DNA of 64,000 bases, taken from an uncultured Planctomycetaceae bacterium. GTDB lineage: Bacteria > Planctomycetota > Planctomycetia > Planctomycetales > Planctomycetaceae. The DNA lies in NCBI GenBank assembly GCA_963815195.1, contig CAWFGE010000015.1:32001-96000 (forward strand), in the 5' to 3' direction. Below are positions 1 to 10,814 of the stretch, piece by piece; position 1 is the stretch's first letter; the number at the start of each line of letters is the position of its first letter. The notes below the pieces were generated by a model that saw only the letters and a program-made list of their open reading frames with translations, had not been told where the DNA came from and ran no database searches. Made by a program: the position numbers and the translations under genes.

Positions 1-650
1 ATATCAATCAATCGGTTGCTAAGGGAATCCTACACGGTTACCGCGCGGTAGGCTATCGTTGATTTCCTAAAACCCGAGTGGCAGGAAAGACCCGAGTCTC
101 GCTCCTCCCGGAATTGTCACAGTTCCGCTGATGCCCCGCGTTTTCCCAATCGGCAAACACCGGAGCCAACGGCTTGGAAATCGGATCACAATCCCATGAT
201 AGCGGATGGGATGTTGGGCGGGTTGGTCGCAATTCCGAGTCGTTGCATCCAGCAGAACCCGAAATCTCCGCCGGGTGATTCAGGAAGTGCAAAATGGAGA
301 GATCGAGAAACAGGAAACGCAAAGTGAAAATTGCAGATTGCAAAGTGCATAAGACGTGGATAAATCGATGAACTCGTTTGCGACACGGTCACTTTTCAGG
401 TTCTTCCGGATAATCAGGGGGAACTACGACGGTGTGAAAGAATCTCTTGTCCGCGCTCTTTCATCTCCCCAAAGGGCCCAAAGGGAACAGCCGCTGTTCA
501 TTTTGCATTTTTCACAAAACACCTGTCGGGATCTTTGCAAAGTTTTCCATTACCGGGTGGGCAAAGCGATGAGCGTTGCCGGAATCCAGCCAAGGACAAT
601 GGTTGCCGCGGCGATTCGATGAGGGATATTCTTTCAACAAGGACACCGAC

Positions 651-1079
651 ATGAAAAAGACTGCATTGTTTGTCGCCTGTGCCGGCTTGATGATTGGCGG
701 AATCGCTTTGGCCGCCCCCCAACCCGCAACGGCGGGGGTCAACGTTTCCTTCGGAGGGCGCGGCTACCTCGGGGCGGGGTATTCCGGCTACGGATATGGG
801 AACCCCGGCTACGGATATGGCAATCCAGGCTATGGATACGGCAATCCCGGTTACGGCTATGGAACTCCTGGCATCGGCTACGGCAGCCCCGGCTTGGGAT
901 ACGGCGTGAACCAGGGCTTCAACAATTATGGCGGCGGCTTTGGCTACGGCAATAACTGCTATGGCGGTTTCGGCGGAGGCCATTACGATTATCATGGGCC
1001 CTCGCTCGTGCCGCACGGGAATCACCTCGACGCGATCCCCGGCCATTACGACTACCACTACGGCGGGCATCACCACTAA
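651..1079 (+). CDS. Secreted Gly/Tyr-rich repeat protein with His-rich C-terminus
   Basis: ATG at 651 after AAGGA. Signal peptide MKKTALFVACAGLMIGGIALAAPQPATA, tandem GYGYGNP repeats, HYDYH twice. Confidence 0.8.
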   Translation: MKKTALFVACAGLMIGGIALAAPQPATAGVNVSFGGRGYLGAGYSGYGYGNPGYGYGNPGYGYGNPGYGYGTPGIGYGSPGLGYGVNQGFNNYGGGFGYGNNCYGGFGGGHYDYHGPSLVPHGNHLDAIPGHYDYHYGGHHH

Positions 1080-1094
1080 GTCAAAGCCGATCAC

Positions 1095-1135
1095 CGCCAA
1101 CCCGCCTCGTCGCGAAAGCGCGCGGCGGGTTGGCG
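1095..1135. terminator. GC-rich hairpin between convergent genes
   Basis: CGCCAACCCGCC...GGCGGGTTGGCG inverted repeat; no strong U-tract. Confidence 0.5.
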
Positions 1136-1161
1136 CTTCCGGTCGAAGCAAAATTGCCGGG

Positions 1162-2190
1162 CTATTCCGGCAGGTGTTTGATGACGGCGTCCGCAAACTC
1201 GAGCGTGCTCAACTCGCCGCCCAGATCACGGGTCTTCTCGCCGGTGCCGAGCGCGGTCTGATAGGCGAGATGAATCCGCCGGGCGGCGTCGCGGCAGGCG
1301 ACGTCGTTCCGCGTCACCGCGAGATGATCGAGCAGCATCTCGGCGGACATCAACAGCGCCAACGGATTCGCGAGGCCTTTCCCGGCAATGTCCGGAGCCG
1401 AACCGTGGACCGCTTCGAACACCGCCTGCTGATTGCCGATGTTCGCCCCCGGCACCACGCCCAAGCCGCCCACCAAGCCCGCGCACAAATCGCTGACCAC
1501 GTCTCCATACAGGTTCTCGAGAAGGAGCACGTCGAACTGCGACGGATCCTGCACGAGTTTCATGCAGCCGGCGTCGATGATGACTTCCTGATATTCCACT
1601 TGCGAACCGCCGTCATCGTGGGCGGCCCGGCAACATTTTAAGAGCAGGCCGTCGGTCATCTTCATGATGTTGGCTTTATGGAACACGGTGACTTTTCGGC
1701 GGCCGCGGCGAATGGCGAACTCGAACGCCCATTTCGCGATCCGGGAGCAGGCTTTTTCGGTCGCGACTTTCATGCTCATCACCACGCCCTCGGTCACGCG
1801 GTTTTCCACGCCGCTGTAAAGCCCTTCCGTGTTCTCGCGGATGATGATCAAATCCACGTTGTCGAACCGCGTGGGCACGCCCTTGAGGCTCCGCACCGGA
1901 CGGACCGCGGCGAACAGATCCAGCTTCTGCCGAAGCTGCACGTTGACCGACGTAAACCCTTCGCCCACCGGCGTCGTGCAAGGGCCCTTGAGCGCGATGC
2001 CGTATTCGCAAATCGCATTCAGTGTGGACTCGGGAAGCACCTCCTCGCCCGCATCGAGAGCCGTGATTCCCGCCGTGTAGCGGTCCCATTCCAGGGGAGC
2101 CTCCGCCGCCTGGAGCACGCGGACGACGGCTTCCGTTACTTCCGGGCCGATGCCGTCGCCCGGAATCAAAACCACGCGATGCGTCGTCAT
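1162..2190 (-). CDS. Isocitrate/isopropylmalate dehydrogenase family (probably NAD-dependent isocitrate dehydrogenase)
   Basis: IPGDGIGPEV, RENTEGLYSG, HKANIMK, NLYGDVVSDLCAGLVGGLG, FEAVHGSAPDIAGKG motifs. Confidence 0.92.
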   Translation of the reverse strand: MTTHRVVLIPGDGIGPEVTEAVVRVLQAAEAPLEWDRYTAGITALDAGEEVLPESTLNAICEYGIALKGPCTTPVGEGFTSVNVQLRQKLDLFAAVRPVRSLKGVPTRFDNVDLIIIRENTEGLYSGVENRVTEGVVMSMKVATEKACSRIAKWAFEFAIRRGRRKVTVFHKANIMKMTDGLLLKCCRAAHDDGGSQVEYQEVIIDAGCMKLVQDPSQFDVLLLENLYGDVVSDLCAGLVGGLGVVPGANIGNQQAVFEAVHGSAPDIAGKGLANPLALLMSAEMLLDHLAVTRNDVACRDAARRIHLAYQTALGTGEKTRDLGGELSTLEFADAVIKHLPE

Positions 2191-2199
2191 GGTCGTCCC

Positions 2200-2706
2200 T
2201 TATCCAATCGAATTCGCCGAAGAAGTCTGGCCGGCCGCTTTTTCCGAGGGCGGCGGCTGCCATTTGCGGACTTTGAGAAATCCCGCGATGCCCACGATGA
2301 TCACCGCCAGCACGATGACCACCGACAGCCAGCGGTTGCGGTTGTCGCGGATTTTCTGGAACGCCGCCGATTTTCCGACGAGCGCGGAACCCAAAAAGAA
2401 CACCACGAACGCCAGCAGGATTTTCGTGCCCATCAACATGTGGTACAGCTTGTCGCCTTCGTGATTCGGGCGGGTCACGGCGAGATAGTTGTAGAACCCG
2501 CTCAGCAAAAACAGCAAAATGCCCGCGTGCACGAACCGCTTCCAAATCCCGAGGACTCGTTCGCGAAGGGCCGAATGCTCGGCATCGGAAAGAGCCGCAG
2601 CCGCCGCGGGCGAAAGCACGTACCGCAAGAACACCGTGCCGCCCACGATGGCGATCGACGTGTAAATGTGGACCCACCGCGAGATCAGGGGGACAATCTC
2701 AACCAC
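2200..2706 (-). CDS. Four-helix membrane protein (CopD-like N-terminus)
   Basis: AAGGAG upstream of GTG 2706. RWVHIYTSIAIVGG..F motif; four hydrophobic segments. Confidence 0.7.
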   Translation of the reverse strand: MVEIVPLISRWVHIYTSIAIVGGTVFLRYVLSPAAAAALSDAEHSALRERVLGIWKRFVHAGILLFLLSGFYNYLAVTRPNHEGDKLYHMLMGTKILLAFVVFFLGSALVGKSAAFQKIRDNRNRWLSVVIVLAVIIVGIAGFLKVRKWQPPPSEKAAGQTSSANSIG

Positions 2707-2922
2707 CAGTTGATTCTCCTTGTTGAACTCTGAGAGCGGCCGCATCGGTTGATGGCCGGCCTTCAAACCGCATTGGAGCAGGTTTCGAGGGAACGCTCAA
2801 CCATGGAATCGCCGATTCTTGAAAGAGGCGGAGAGCTGAGAGCCGTGCGGAGAGGCAAGAGCCAAACGGAATGAATCATGATTTTGTGAACCATGATTCT
2901 GTGGTGAATGGGTGGATGGGAG

Positions 2923-3945
2923 TCAATAGCCCGAGACGACTTCGCCTTTGCCCCGGGTCAACAGGGCTTTGAACACGGTGACCTGGATGTTTTCGCTGAT
3001 AAACACCGCGTGGCCGTCGGAGAAGGCGAATTGCACGCCGCCTTGATGGGGACTGGAGAACTGAAACCGGGCCTCGGCGTTATTCGAGCAGGAGGTGCTG
3101 AAATAATTCATGCCGGGCTGAGCACAGCTTGCGGCGGCTTTCCACCAGCGAAGCGATCCGCGGGCAAAAGCCCCGCCACCGCCACCGCCACCGCCACCGC
3201 CACCGCCTCCGCCACCGCCACCGCCACCGCCACCGCCACTACCTCCGCCACCTCCGCCACCTCCGCCACCTCCGCCACCTCCGCCACCGGAACCGCCACC
3301 GGAACCGCTGCCGGAACCGCTGCCGCCGTTGTTCATCGCGCCGCGGGCCCAGCCGCCGAACTCAAAGGCCAGTTCGCCGCCGGCAATCGTGTTGGAAGCC
3401 CCATCGGTCAGGTCGCGGAAGGAAACCCGCGAGAGGGGATACAGCATGCCGTCGTCATTGCCGGGAGCGGTGCCCGCGTTGCCTGCATAATGGTTCGTCG
3501 CATAGGCGTTGTCGACCAGGCCGTCTTCCGGTTGGGACGGGCACACATACACGGGCACCCATTGGCTGACGGCGTACGCGTTGTTGGCGTGATCGAACCG
3601 CACATTGCAATTGTAGCGGCGATAAAGCGGGGCCTGGTCCACGAAGGGCAGGATCAGCGTTTCCCAGGTGTGCAGGAGTTCCTTCTGCGATTGGCCGCCG
3701 GTGTCGCCCAGGACGCCCGGCGGAAAAACTTTGTGCGTGGACTGATAATTGTGAAGCGCAATGCCGATCTGCTTGAGGTTGTTCTTGCACTGGCTGCGGC
3801 GGGCCGCCTCCCGCGCCTGCTGAACCGCCGGCAGCAGCAAGGCCACGAGAATTGCAATGATCGCAATCACGACCAGAAGCTCGATCAACGTAAAACCGCG
3901 GACGCTCGTTTTGCGGGAAGCAGAAAGAGAATTGCTCGTCGGCAT
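2923..3945 (-). CDS. DUF1559 prepilin-type N-methylation domain protein with poly-Gly insertion
   Basis: [54 protein letters not shown]9-DG motif [12 protein letters not shown]. Confidence 0.93.
   Translation of the reverse strand: MPTSNSLSASRKTSVRGFTLIELLVVIAIIAILVALLLPAVQQAREAARRSQCKNNLKQIGIALHNYQSTHKVFPPGVLGDTGGQSQKELLHTWETLILPFVDQAPLYRRYNCNVRFDHANNAYAVSQWVPVYVCPSQPEDGLVDNAYATNHYAGNAGTAPGNDDGMLYPLSRVSFRDLTDGASNTIAGGELAFEFGGWARGAMNNGGSGSGSGSGGGSGGGGGGGGGGGGGGGGSGGGGGGGGGGGGGGGGGGGGGGAFARGSLRWWKAAASCAQPGMNYFSTSCSNNAEARFQFSSPHQGGVQFAFSDGHAVFISENIQVTVFKALLTRGKGEVVSGY
3172..3327 (-). repeat. Coding microsatellite encoding a 52-residue Gly/Ser tract
   Basis: (GGTGGC)n and (GGCGGAGGT)n arrays giving runs of 16 and 22 Gly. 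Confidence 0.95.
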
Positions 3946-3980
3946 GGTTTATCCCACGGTTCGTAAAGGTTCGGCTGGCG

Positions 3981-4718
3981 TCAACGAAGACGCACGGCCT
4001 CCCAATCGGGGCGATCGACTTCGCTGCCTGCATTGATCCGCCGGGCGAACAACACCACCTGCCCGTTTCGATAATTCGGCCGCAGGTGTTTGCCCACGTC
4101 CACCGTGCCCGAAACGATCGGCCGCTCGGTGTCCACTTCGCGGACCAACACGCTTCGGCGCGTCAATGTCTCCAGCGGCGTTTTCCCCGTTAGATCGTCC
4201 GGCCACGCGCCAAGCTGCACGATCCGGCCGTCGTTTTTTGTGACCGCCAATCCCACCGCCGCCAGCGCACCGATCACGCCGTCTTCCGTTCCGCCCAAAC
4301 CCTCCAGGCGGATCCCCTCGGCCTCCGCGAGCCCTCGGGCCTCGGCCTGCGCCATCAACTGCCGTTGGCATCGCAGTCCGAATTCCGTCACCGATCGGGG
4401 GACGCGGGCCGTCACACACAAACCGGGATCGCTCCCGGCGACGAAGCGTTTTTTCAGCCCCAACCGAAACCCCGCGAACACGGTTTCGCACAATGTTTCC
4501 ACGGAGAGGTTTTGGGGTTCCCCGGTGTTAGGCTCGAGCCAAATGGAGGCCGAGCCGTTTTGGGAGGTGTAAGGCACGCGGGGATCGTCGAACAGTTGAT
4601 GCCGAATAATCAGCACGCACTCGAACCGCTCCGCCAGTTCCGCCACGATCGCCTTGGCGAGTTGATTGGTGCCGGGAGAATCCCGCGTATCGGTGTCGTC
4701 GATTCCCACGTAGATCAT
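3981..4718 (-). CDS. Stand-alone TiaS N-terminal-like (GIDDTD) domain protein
   Basis: MIYVGIDDTDT..GT, RHQL..DPRVPYTSQNGSA, SDPGLCV, DGVIGALAAVG. ATG overlaps upstream TGA (ATGA). Confidence 0.75.
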   Translation of the reverse strand: MIYVGIDDTDTRDSPGTNQLAKAIVAELAERFECVLIIRHQLFDDPRVPYTSQNGSASIWLEPNTGEPQNLSVETLCETVFAGFRLGLKKRFVAGSDPGLCVTARVPRSVTEFGLRCQRQLMAQAEARGLAEAEGIRLEGLGGTEDGVIGALAAVGLAVTKNDGRIVQLGAWPDDLTGKTPLETLTRRSVLVREVDTERPIVSGTVDVGKHLRPNYRNGQVVLFARRINAGSEVDRPDWEAVRLR

Positions 4719-5347
4719 GACGCCGGCGGCTCCGCGGGACCATGTGGGAGTTTGGGACCGGCGGCATGAAACCAGACGGCGGCGCTGATGACGCCCGCGA
4801 CCACTCCGCAAATCGCATAGGTGAAGACCGCCTCGGGCCACCAGCCGGCGAACGACCGCCCGCCGCCGCCGGGACCGCCGGCATATTTGGTCAGAGCGCG
4901 AATCGCGAACGCCACGAAGTTCGTCGCAAACCCGGCGAGGGCGAAGCTGATATAAATTCGCCAACCCGGCTTCGCGGACCAGAGGGCCAGGTCCATCATT
5001 GGTCCGGTGAGGAGCAAACTCGTGCTCGCGCCCCAACCGGGCGTCGCCTGCCCGCCGAGCTTCATCCAAAACAGCGACAGCACGGCTCCCAGGCCCATCA
5101 CCGTGCCCGCACCGCGGCGGGGCACAAACGCGAGCCCCATCGCCATCGGAAACACGGCCCGCAAAATCGCGTGGCCGGGAATCCGCAGACTCCAGTCCCA
5201 AAGCACCGAAGCGCTCGCCGCCATTGCCCCGAACAACAAGAGCGCCGCAAATTCCAAAATCGGCAGCGCTGCCTCGGCCTGCCCCAGCCAAGGCAGCCGC
5301 GTGGCTTGCTGCAACGCATCGTGCCTGGGCAATCCCCGCAAACGCAT
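4715..5347 (-). CDS. Small polytopic membrane protein, ECF S-component-like
   Basis: 210 aa with 5-6 hydrophobic helices and an IPGHAIL motif; coupled to the downstream gene. Confidence 0.65.
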   Translation of the reverse strand: MRLRGLPRHDALQQATRLPWLGQAEAALPILEFAALLLFGAMAASASVLWDWSLRIPGHAILRAVFPMAMGLAFVPRRGAGTVMGLGAVLSLFWMKLGGQATPGWGASTSLLLTGPMMDLALWSAKPGWRIYISFALAGFATNFVAFAIRALTKYAGGPGGGGRSFAGWWPEAVFTYAICGVVAGVISAAVWFHAAGPKLPHGPAEPPAS

Positions 5348-5645
5348 CGCCGTTTTCCTTGAAAGAACTCAAATAGCACGAACATGCAATTTGGCGGCCA
5401 CTATACAACAAATCGGCGACACTGCAAACGACCCGCGGGATTTTTCCCGCGCCGCGATTTCCCGCCGCCCAGACGCGAAATCACACCCAGGGGCTTTCGC
5501 CGCGGGCGGGTGATGGGCTAATCTGGACTATCGCCCATAGAATAGAGGGAATTTCCCCAAAATCCCTTCCCGTCATCCTTGAACGATCGAACGTTTCCCG
5601 TCAGGATTTCACCTTCGATCCCCGGCAACGACGTTTCATTTTTCT

Positions 5646-8047
5646 TTGGTCATCGCCTTGTTGAAACACTTTGGGTTAATCGCATTTTTCGCGTGCTGGC
5701 TGATTGCCGGCCGGTCGGCGGCGGCGGACACGTCTCCCGTGGATTCCGCTGTGCTCGCGCGAGTCGGCTTCGACGGGCGGTTCAAAGTCGGCCAGTGGAC
5801 GCCACTCTCCGCGCGCATCAAAACCAACCGGGCTTGCCGGCTGGAACTGGAAATTGAAGCCCCGGATCCCGACGGCAACCGCGCGGTTTGGCGGGATGAA
5901 TTCTCCCTGCCCCAGGCGGGCACGCACGAAGTCACCGCGCTGTTCCAAACAGGTTGGCTCGAAACCACGCTTCGCGTCCGCGTGAAGGCCCGCGAGTTTC
6001 AAGGGGAGGAAACGTGGACCGTCCCTGTGAAAGCCGGCGAAGGGCCGGAGGCTCAATTCGCGCAGAAGGCTCTCACGCACGATGTGCTCCTGGTGGGCAC
6101 CTTGGGAAACCCGGGCGGCTTGAAAGACATGGAAGGCCTGCCCGCCGAATCCGGCCAACTCGAGGAAACCCGCGTCCCGAACACGCCGATTCGCATTGCG
6201 CGATTGAAGAACCCGTCGCGGTGGATTTTATCTCCGTCGGGCGAACACGCTCAGCCGTTCGCGAACGCCACGGGGCTCGAGGCACTCGATGCCGTGATCA
6301 TTTCCGGCGACTATGCCATGAAGCCCGCCGCCGCCACCGCCCTCAAGAATTGGGTGACGCTCGGCGGGCATTTGATTTTGTCCGTCGGCGAAGACCTGGG
6401 CGTCTACCAAAACAGCCCGCTCTCGGATTGGGTTTCCAAGCCCACAGGACCGGAAAACGAAGCCGGCTTTCGCGTCACGGGCGCGACGCAGTACCGGGAC
6501 TTAAGCGCGCTCGAGACCTTCGCCGGCAGGTCGGAACCGCTGAAGATCAACCGCCAAAATCCCGTTCCGGGAGCGCGGATCGAAGCGGGAGCCGGTGCGC
6601 GCACGTGCTCGTTTCCGGACGGAGCGGCCCCTTGATCGTCCGCGTGCCTTACGGGTTGGGGACGGTGACAATGATCGGCGTCGATCTGAACCGGGACCCG
6701 GTCCAATCCTGGCCCGCTTTGCCTTTGACCCTGCGAAACCTGCTGCTTCCGCAAAACCGCCGGGAGGAAAAACGCGCCCCATCCGCGAACAACCAACTCG
6801 CCTACAGCGGCATCGGCGAGTTCGCGACGCAAATTCAAACCGCCTTGTCGCGGTTCCCCACCGTCGACCGCCTCTCCACCTGGGCGATTATCGGAATGCT
6901 CTTCGCCTATCTGCTCGCCATCGGCCCGGTGGATTATTTCCTCGTGCATCACCTGCTCAAACGGCCGAGGCTGACCTGGATCACGTTCCCCGTGTTCGTC
7001 ATCGCGGCGGCGGCGTTTTCCGTGTGGTCGGCCCGCACCCACAACGGGGACACGCTCATCGCCAACCAATTGGACGTTCTGGATTTCGATGCCTCGACCA
7101 AGACGCTCCGCTCCCGGTCTTGGGTGACGATCTACAGCCCCGAAACCCGCCGCTACGAAGTCACGCTGACCGCCAACGGCCGGCTCGCCGGCGGGGACGC
7201 TTCGCAGAAGGCAGAGCCGCTCGTGCGCACGGCGTGGGCGGGCGTGCCGGAATCCACCTTCGGCGGGATGTATCGCACCGGAGGCATGCAGATGACCCGC
7301 GCCCCGTATTGGTTCGCCCCCAAAGCGGCCGGCATCGAGAACCTGCCGATCCCGTTATGGGGAGCCAAGTCGCTCACGGGCGAATGGTTCCTTCCGGATG
7401 TGCCGCTTGTGGAGAGTCAACTCGAAACAACGGGGGCGGGCCGGCTGCGGGGGACATTCGAGCATCACTTCCCGGTGCCGATCACCGATTGGTTCCTGGC
7501 GTACAATTCACGCGTCTTCCGCCCGCGGCCCAGCCTGGTCACCGGCGCAGAGGCCCCGCTGCCGCCCGGTCGAAACTGGCCGGCGAACGATCCCACGTGG
7601 AGCCGGGTCAATCAGCGGGAACTCACGGGCTATCTCACCCGAACCGTCGCCCGCGAGATCGGACGCCAACGCAACGCGAGCAAAACGAATGTCATTCAGG
7701 AACCGAGAATCCGCATGGAGCAGCAGGTTTACGATCCCTTGGCCGCGGGCAACCCCGACCCGCTCGCGGACATCTTGCGAATCCTGACGTTCTACCGCCG
7801 CGTGGGAGGCAAGGGCTACACCGGCCTCGACAACGACACCCTCCGCGACATGGATTTCTCCGAGCGCCTCGATCTGAACCGGGCCGTGCTCTTCGGCCGC
7901 GTGGATCTCCCGTCCGCGAACCTGCACATCAAAGATCAAAAACCCGATGAAAACCAACACGCCACGTTCATCCGCATCGTGCTGCCGGTCAAACAACTTG
8001 GCACAGCCCCCGAAACCCCGCTCCAACTGAAGAACTCCAACGACTGA
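5646..8047 (+). CDS. Exported/membrane protein with glutamine-amidotransferase-like domain, ABC-associated (frameshift ~6600)
   Basis: ORFs 5646-6635 and 5954-8047 join at a GC dinucleotide run to read ..EAGAGAHVLVSGRSGPL... Signal peptide; YLLAIGPVDYFLV..RPRLTWITFP TM pair. Confidence 0.75.
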
Positions 8048-8056
8048 GACGCCCCC

Positions 8057-8983
8057 GTGATTGAGACACGCAAACTCACCAAAAAATACGGCGACCTGAT
8101 TGCGGTCAACGAGATCGACTTGAACCTCAAGGAAGGCGATGTGTTCGGGTTCATCGGCCCTAACGGGTCCGGCAAGACCACGACGATGCGGATGATCGCC
8201 ACGCTCCTCAATCCCGACTACGGCGAAGCCTACGTCTGCGGGAAATCCATCTACCGCGAGCCGCAGGAAATCCGCCGGCTCGTGGGCTACATGCCCGACT
8301 TCTTCGGCGTGTACGACGACATGACCGTCATCGAGTACCTCGAATTCTTCGCGTCGGCTTACCGCATCGCGCCCCACAAACGCCGGGCCATCTGCGAGGA
8401 GAAGCTGGAACTGGTCGATATGAGCTTCAAACGCGACGCCTACGCCAGCCAACTCTCCCGCGGCCAGACACAGCGGATCGGCCTGGCCCGCGTGCTGCTC
8501 CACGAGCCGCAAGTCCTGCTGCTCGACGAACCCGCCAGCGGCCTCGATCCCAGAGCCCGAATTGAAATTCGCAACCTGCTCAAGCAGTTGGGCGAACTCA
8601 ACAAAACGGTGATCGTCTCCAGCCACATCCTGCCCGAACTCGCGGATGTCTGCACGCGGGTGGGCATGATCGAAAAGGGGAACCTTATGGTGGACGACTA
8701 TGTGCAGGATGTGCTTCGAAAGGCCCGCGAAGCGCTGCTGCTTTATATTCGCGTCACCGAAAACCCCGACAAAGCCGCCGCCTTGATCGAACAGCACGAA
8801 GGCGTGGCTCAGGTGACGATGAAAGGCGACATGATTCTGGTCACGCTGCAAAAAGACGTGGACGATTACAGCTTCCTCCCGAGCCTCTTGTTCGAAGCCG
8901 GCTACAAGCTGCTCCTGTTCCGCGAAGAAGACGTCAACCTGGAAACCGCCTTCATGAAACTCACCAAAGGCACCCAGCAGTAA
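8057..8983 (+). CDS. ABC transporter ATP-binding protein (ABC-2/DRI type)
   Basis: Walker A GPNGSGKTT, LSRGQ signature, LLLDEP Walker B, SSH. Confidence 0.95.
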   Translation: MIETRKLTKKYGDLIAVNEIDLNLKEGDVFGFIGPNGSGKTTTMRMIATLLNPDYGEAYVCGKSIYREPQEIRRLVGYMPDFFGVYDDMTVIEYLEFFASAYRIAPHKRRAICEEKLELVDMSFKRDAYASQLSRGQTQRIGLARVLLHEPQVLLLDEPASGLDPRARIEIRNLLKQLGELNKTVIVSSHILPELADVCTRVGMIEKGNLMVDDYVQDVLRKAREALLLYIRVTENPDKAAALIEQHEGVAQVTMKGDMILVTLQKDVDDYSFLPSLLFEAGYKLLLFREEDVNLETAFMKLTKGTQQ

Positions 8984-9002
8984 GTCGCCGTTCGCTCATC
9001 CC

Positions 9003-9029
9003 CTCGTTCCCAAGCTCTGCTTTGGAATG
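9003..9029. repeat. Degenerate REP-like palindrome
   Basis: CTCGTTCCCAAGCTCTGCTTTGGAATG imperfect hairpin after the ABC gene. Confidence 0.4.
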
Positions 9030-9312
9030 CACTGGTCGCCAGCTTGGCCCTGGAAATGTCGAGGCCAGTGTTGAATTCTTGCATCAAAAGCCCTTAAAAA
9101 GTTGATTCCTGCCGGAAAAACCTCCTGCCGTTTTCCACCAACCCTCCGGATGCCTCGTGAAGACGTCCATTCCCCCTCTCGTTGTTGGAATCTTCGTTGC
9201 CTGATGAATCCTCGAGACCCGAGCCTAATCCCACTGGACTCCCGCGGCGATGTTTCGCATAATTGGGTTTTGATGTGATTGAAGCCGCGGCAGAACCTCG
9301 AGGAGCAGCACG

Positions 9313-10721
9313 ATGTTGACCATCTCCGATCCCCGGCCCGACCGGAACTGCCAGGGATTGGCCCGGCGGGAGTTTTTGAAGATCGGCGGCTTGGGCTTTG
9401 GGGGCCTTGGGCTGGCGGATTTGCTGAAGGTGCGGGCGGCCGCGGCGAGCGGCGGGCCGGTGGTTCGCGACAAGTCGGTCGTGTTTCTGTTCTTGCAGGG
9501 CGGGCCGAGCCATATCGAAACCTTCGATCCCAAGATGTCGGCCCCTTCGGAAATCCGCAGCATCTTTGGCGAAGTTCCCACCAAACATGCGGGCATCACC
9601 TTCGGGCGCACTTTCCCGAGCTCGCCCGGTTGGCGGACCGGTTTTCCATCGTGCGGTCTTACGGTTCCAACAACGCGGGGCATACTTATCAAGGCGTCGC
9701 CAGCGGCGGGAACGAATTGAAAGCCACGATGGGGGCGCTTTATGCGCGGGTCGCGGGCACGAACCATCCCGTGACCGGCATGCCCAGGAACACGCTGATC
9801 GTCCCCGAAGCCATCGATCCCGACATGCCGATCGGCAAAAACTTTGAGACCGGGGCCCTCCCGACGCTCACTGCGCCCGGCGATTTGGGTCCGGCGTTTG
9901 CCGCGTTCGATCCGCAGGGCGGCGGGACGCTCAAAGAGAACATGGAACTCAAACTGCCCTCCGCGCGGTTTGAGGACCGCCGGATCTTGTTGTCGCATTT
10001 GGATCGGATTCGCCGGCAGGTCGATGCGACCGGCATGCTCGCGGGCTTGGACAAATACCAACAGCAGGCGTTCGATGTGATCGTGGGCGGCGTCGCGGAT
10101 GCGTTCGATCTCTCCAAAGAAGACCCCCAAACCATCGCCCGCTACGACACCAGCCATCTATTTTCCAACGAAGAGGTGCAGCGCTGGGGCGACATGCGGC
10201 GGAGTTCCAACCTGCTCGGCAAGCAGTTGCTGCTCGCCCGCCGGCTCTGTGAAGCGGGCTGCGGGTTTGTGACCGTCTCGGACTGTGGCTGGGACATGCA
10301 CTCCAACGGCAACAGCCCCAAACACCTGGGCGGGATGAAATGGCTCGGCCCGCAGGTCGATCACGCGGTCGCGGCCTTCATCCGGGACGTCGAAGAACGC
10401 GGCCTCTCGGATCGCATTCTGCTCGTCGTCACCGGCGAAATGGGACGGACGCCGCGCATCAACAAAAACGGCGGCCGGGACCACTATGGCAATTTGACGC
10501 CGTTGTTATTTGCCGGCGGCGGCCTCAACATGGGCCAGGTCATCGGCCAATCCGACAACCACGCCACGCAGCCCCAGACCAGACCCTACCGCCCCGAGCA
10601 TCTCCTGGCGACGGTGATGCATGTGCTGTTCGACATCAGCGAACTCCGCATCACGCCCAGCGTCCCCCGCGACATCATCAAAGCCGCCACCGAAGGCGAA
10701 CCGATTGTTGAGCTCGTGTGA
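9313..10721 (+). CDS. DUF1501 domain protein with Tat-like N-terminus (frameshift ~9605)
   Basis: ARREFLKIGG, LFLQGGPSHIETFDPK, WDMH, GEMGRTPRIN, GRDH. Adding one G at TTCGGGCGC gives FGAHFPELARL. Confidence 0.9.
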
Positions 10722-10814
10722 GCGATGTAGATTTCCGCGCCGCCGTTGCACCAGCCGAGCGGGCAAACTATCGTCGCCTTTGGGAGTTTTTTTCTTCTCA
10801 GGTGACGAGGAACC

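Noticed and set aside
1..650. ncRNA, riboswitch or short CDS in the first 650 nt
   Set aside because: No recognisable tRNA, riboswitch or protein motif; an Rfam/Infernal scan would be needed to exclude one.
2908..3966. Plus-strand ORFs with ATAT.. and RHRH.. repeats
   Set aside because: Antisense readings of the poly-Gly codons of the DUF1559 gene.
3981..4718. Full tRNA(Ile2) agmatidine synthetase TiaS
   Set aside because: Only 245 aa; lacks the OB-fold and Zn-ribbon regions.
3981..5411. 476-aa ORF as a single gene
   Set aside because: The N-terminal half overlaps the membrane-protein gene in another frame; the credible start is ATG 4718.
5348..5645. Cobalamin or other riboswitch upstream of the S-component-like gene
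   Set aside because: I could not find B12-box or other conserved aptamer motifs by eye.
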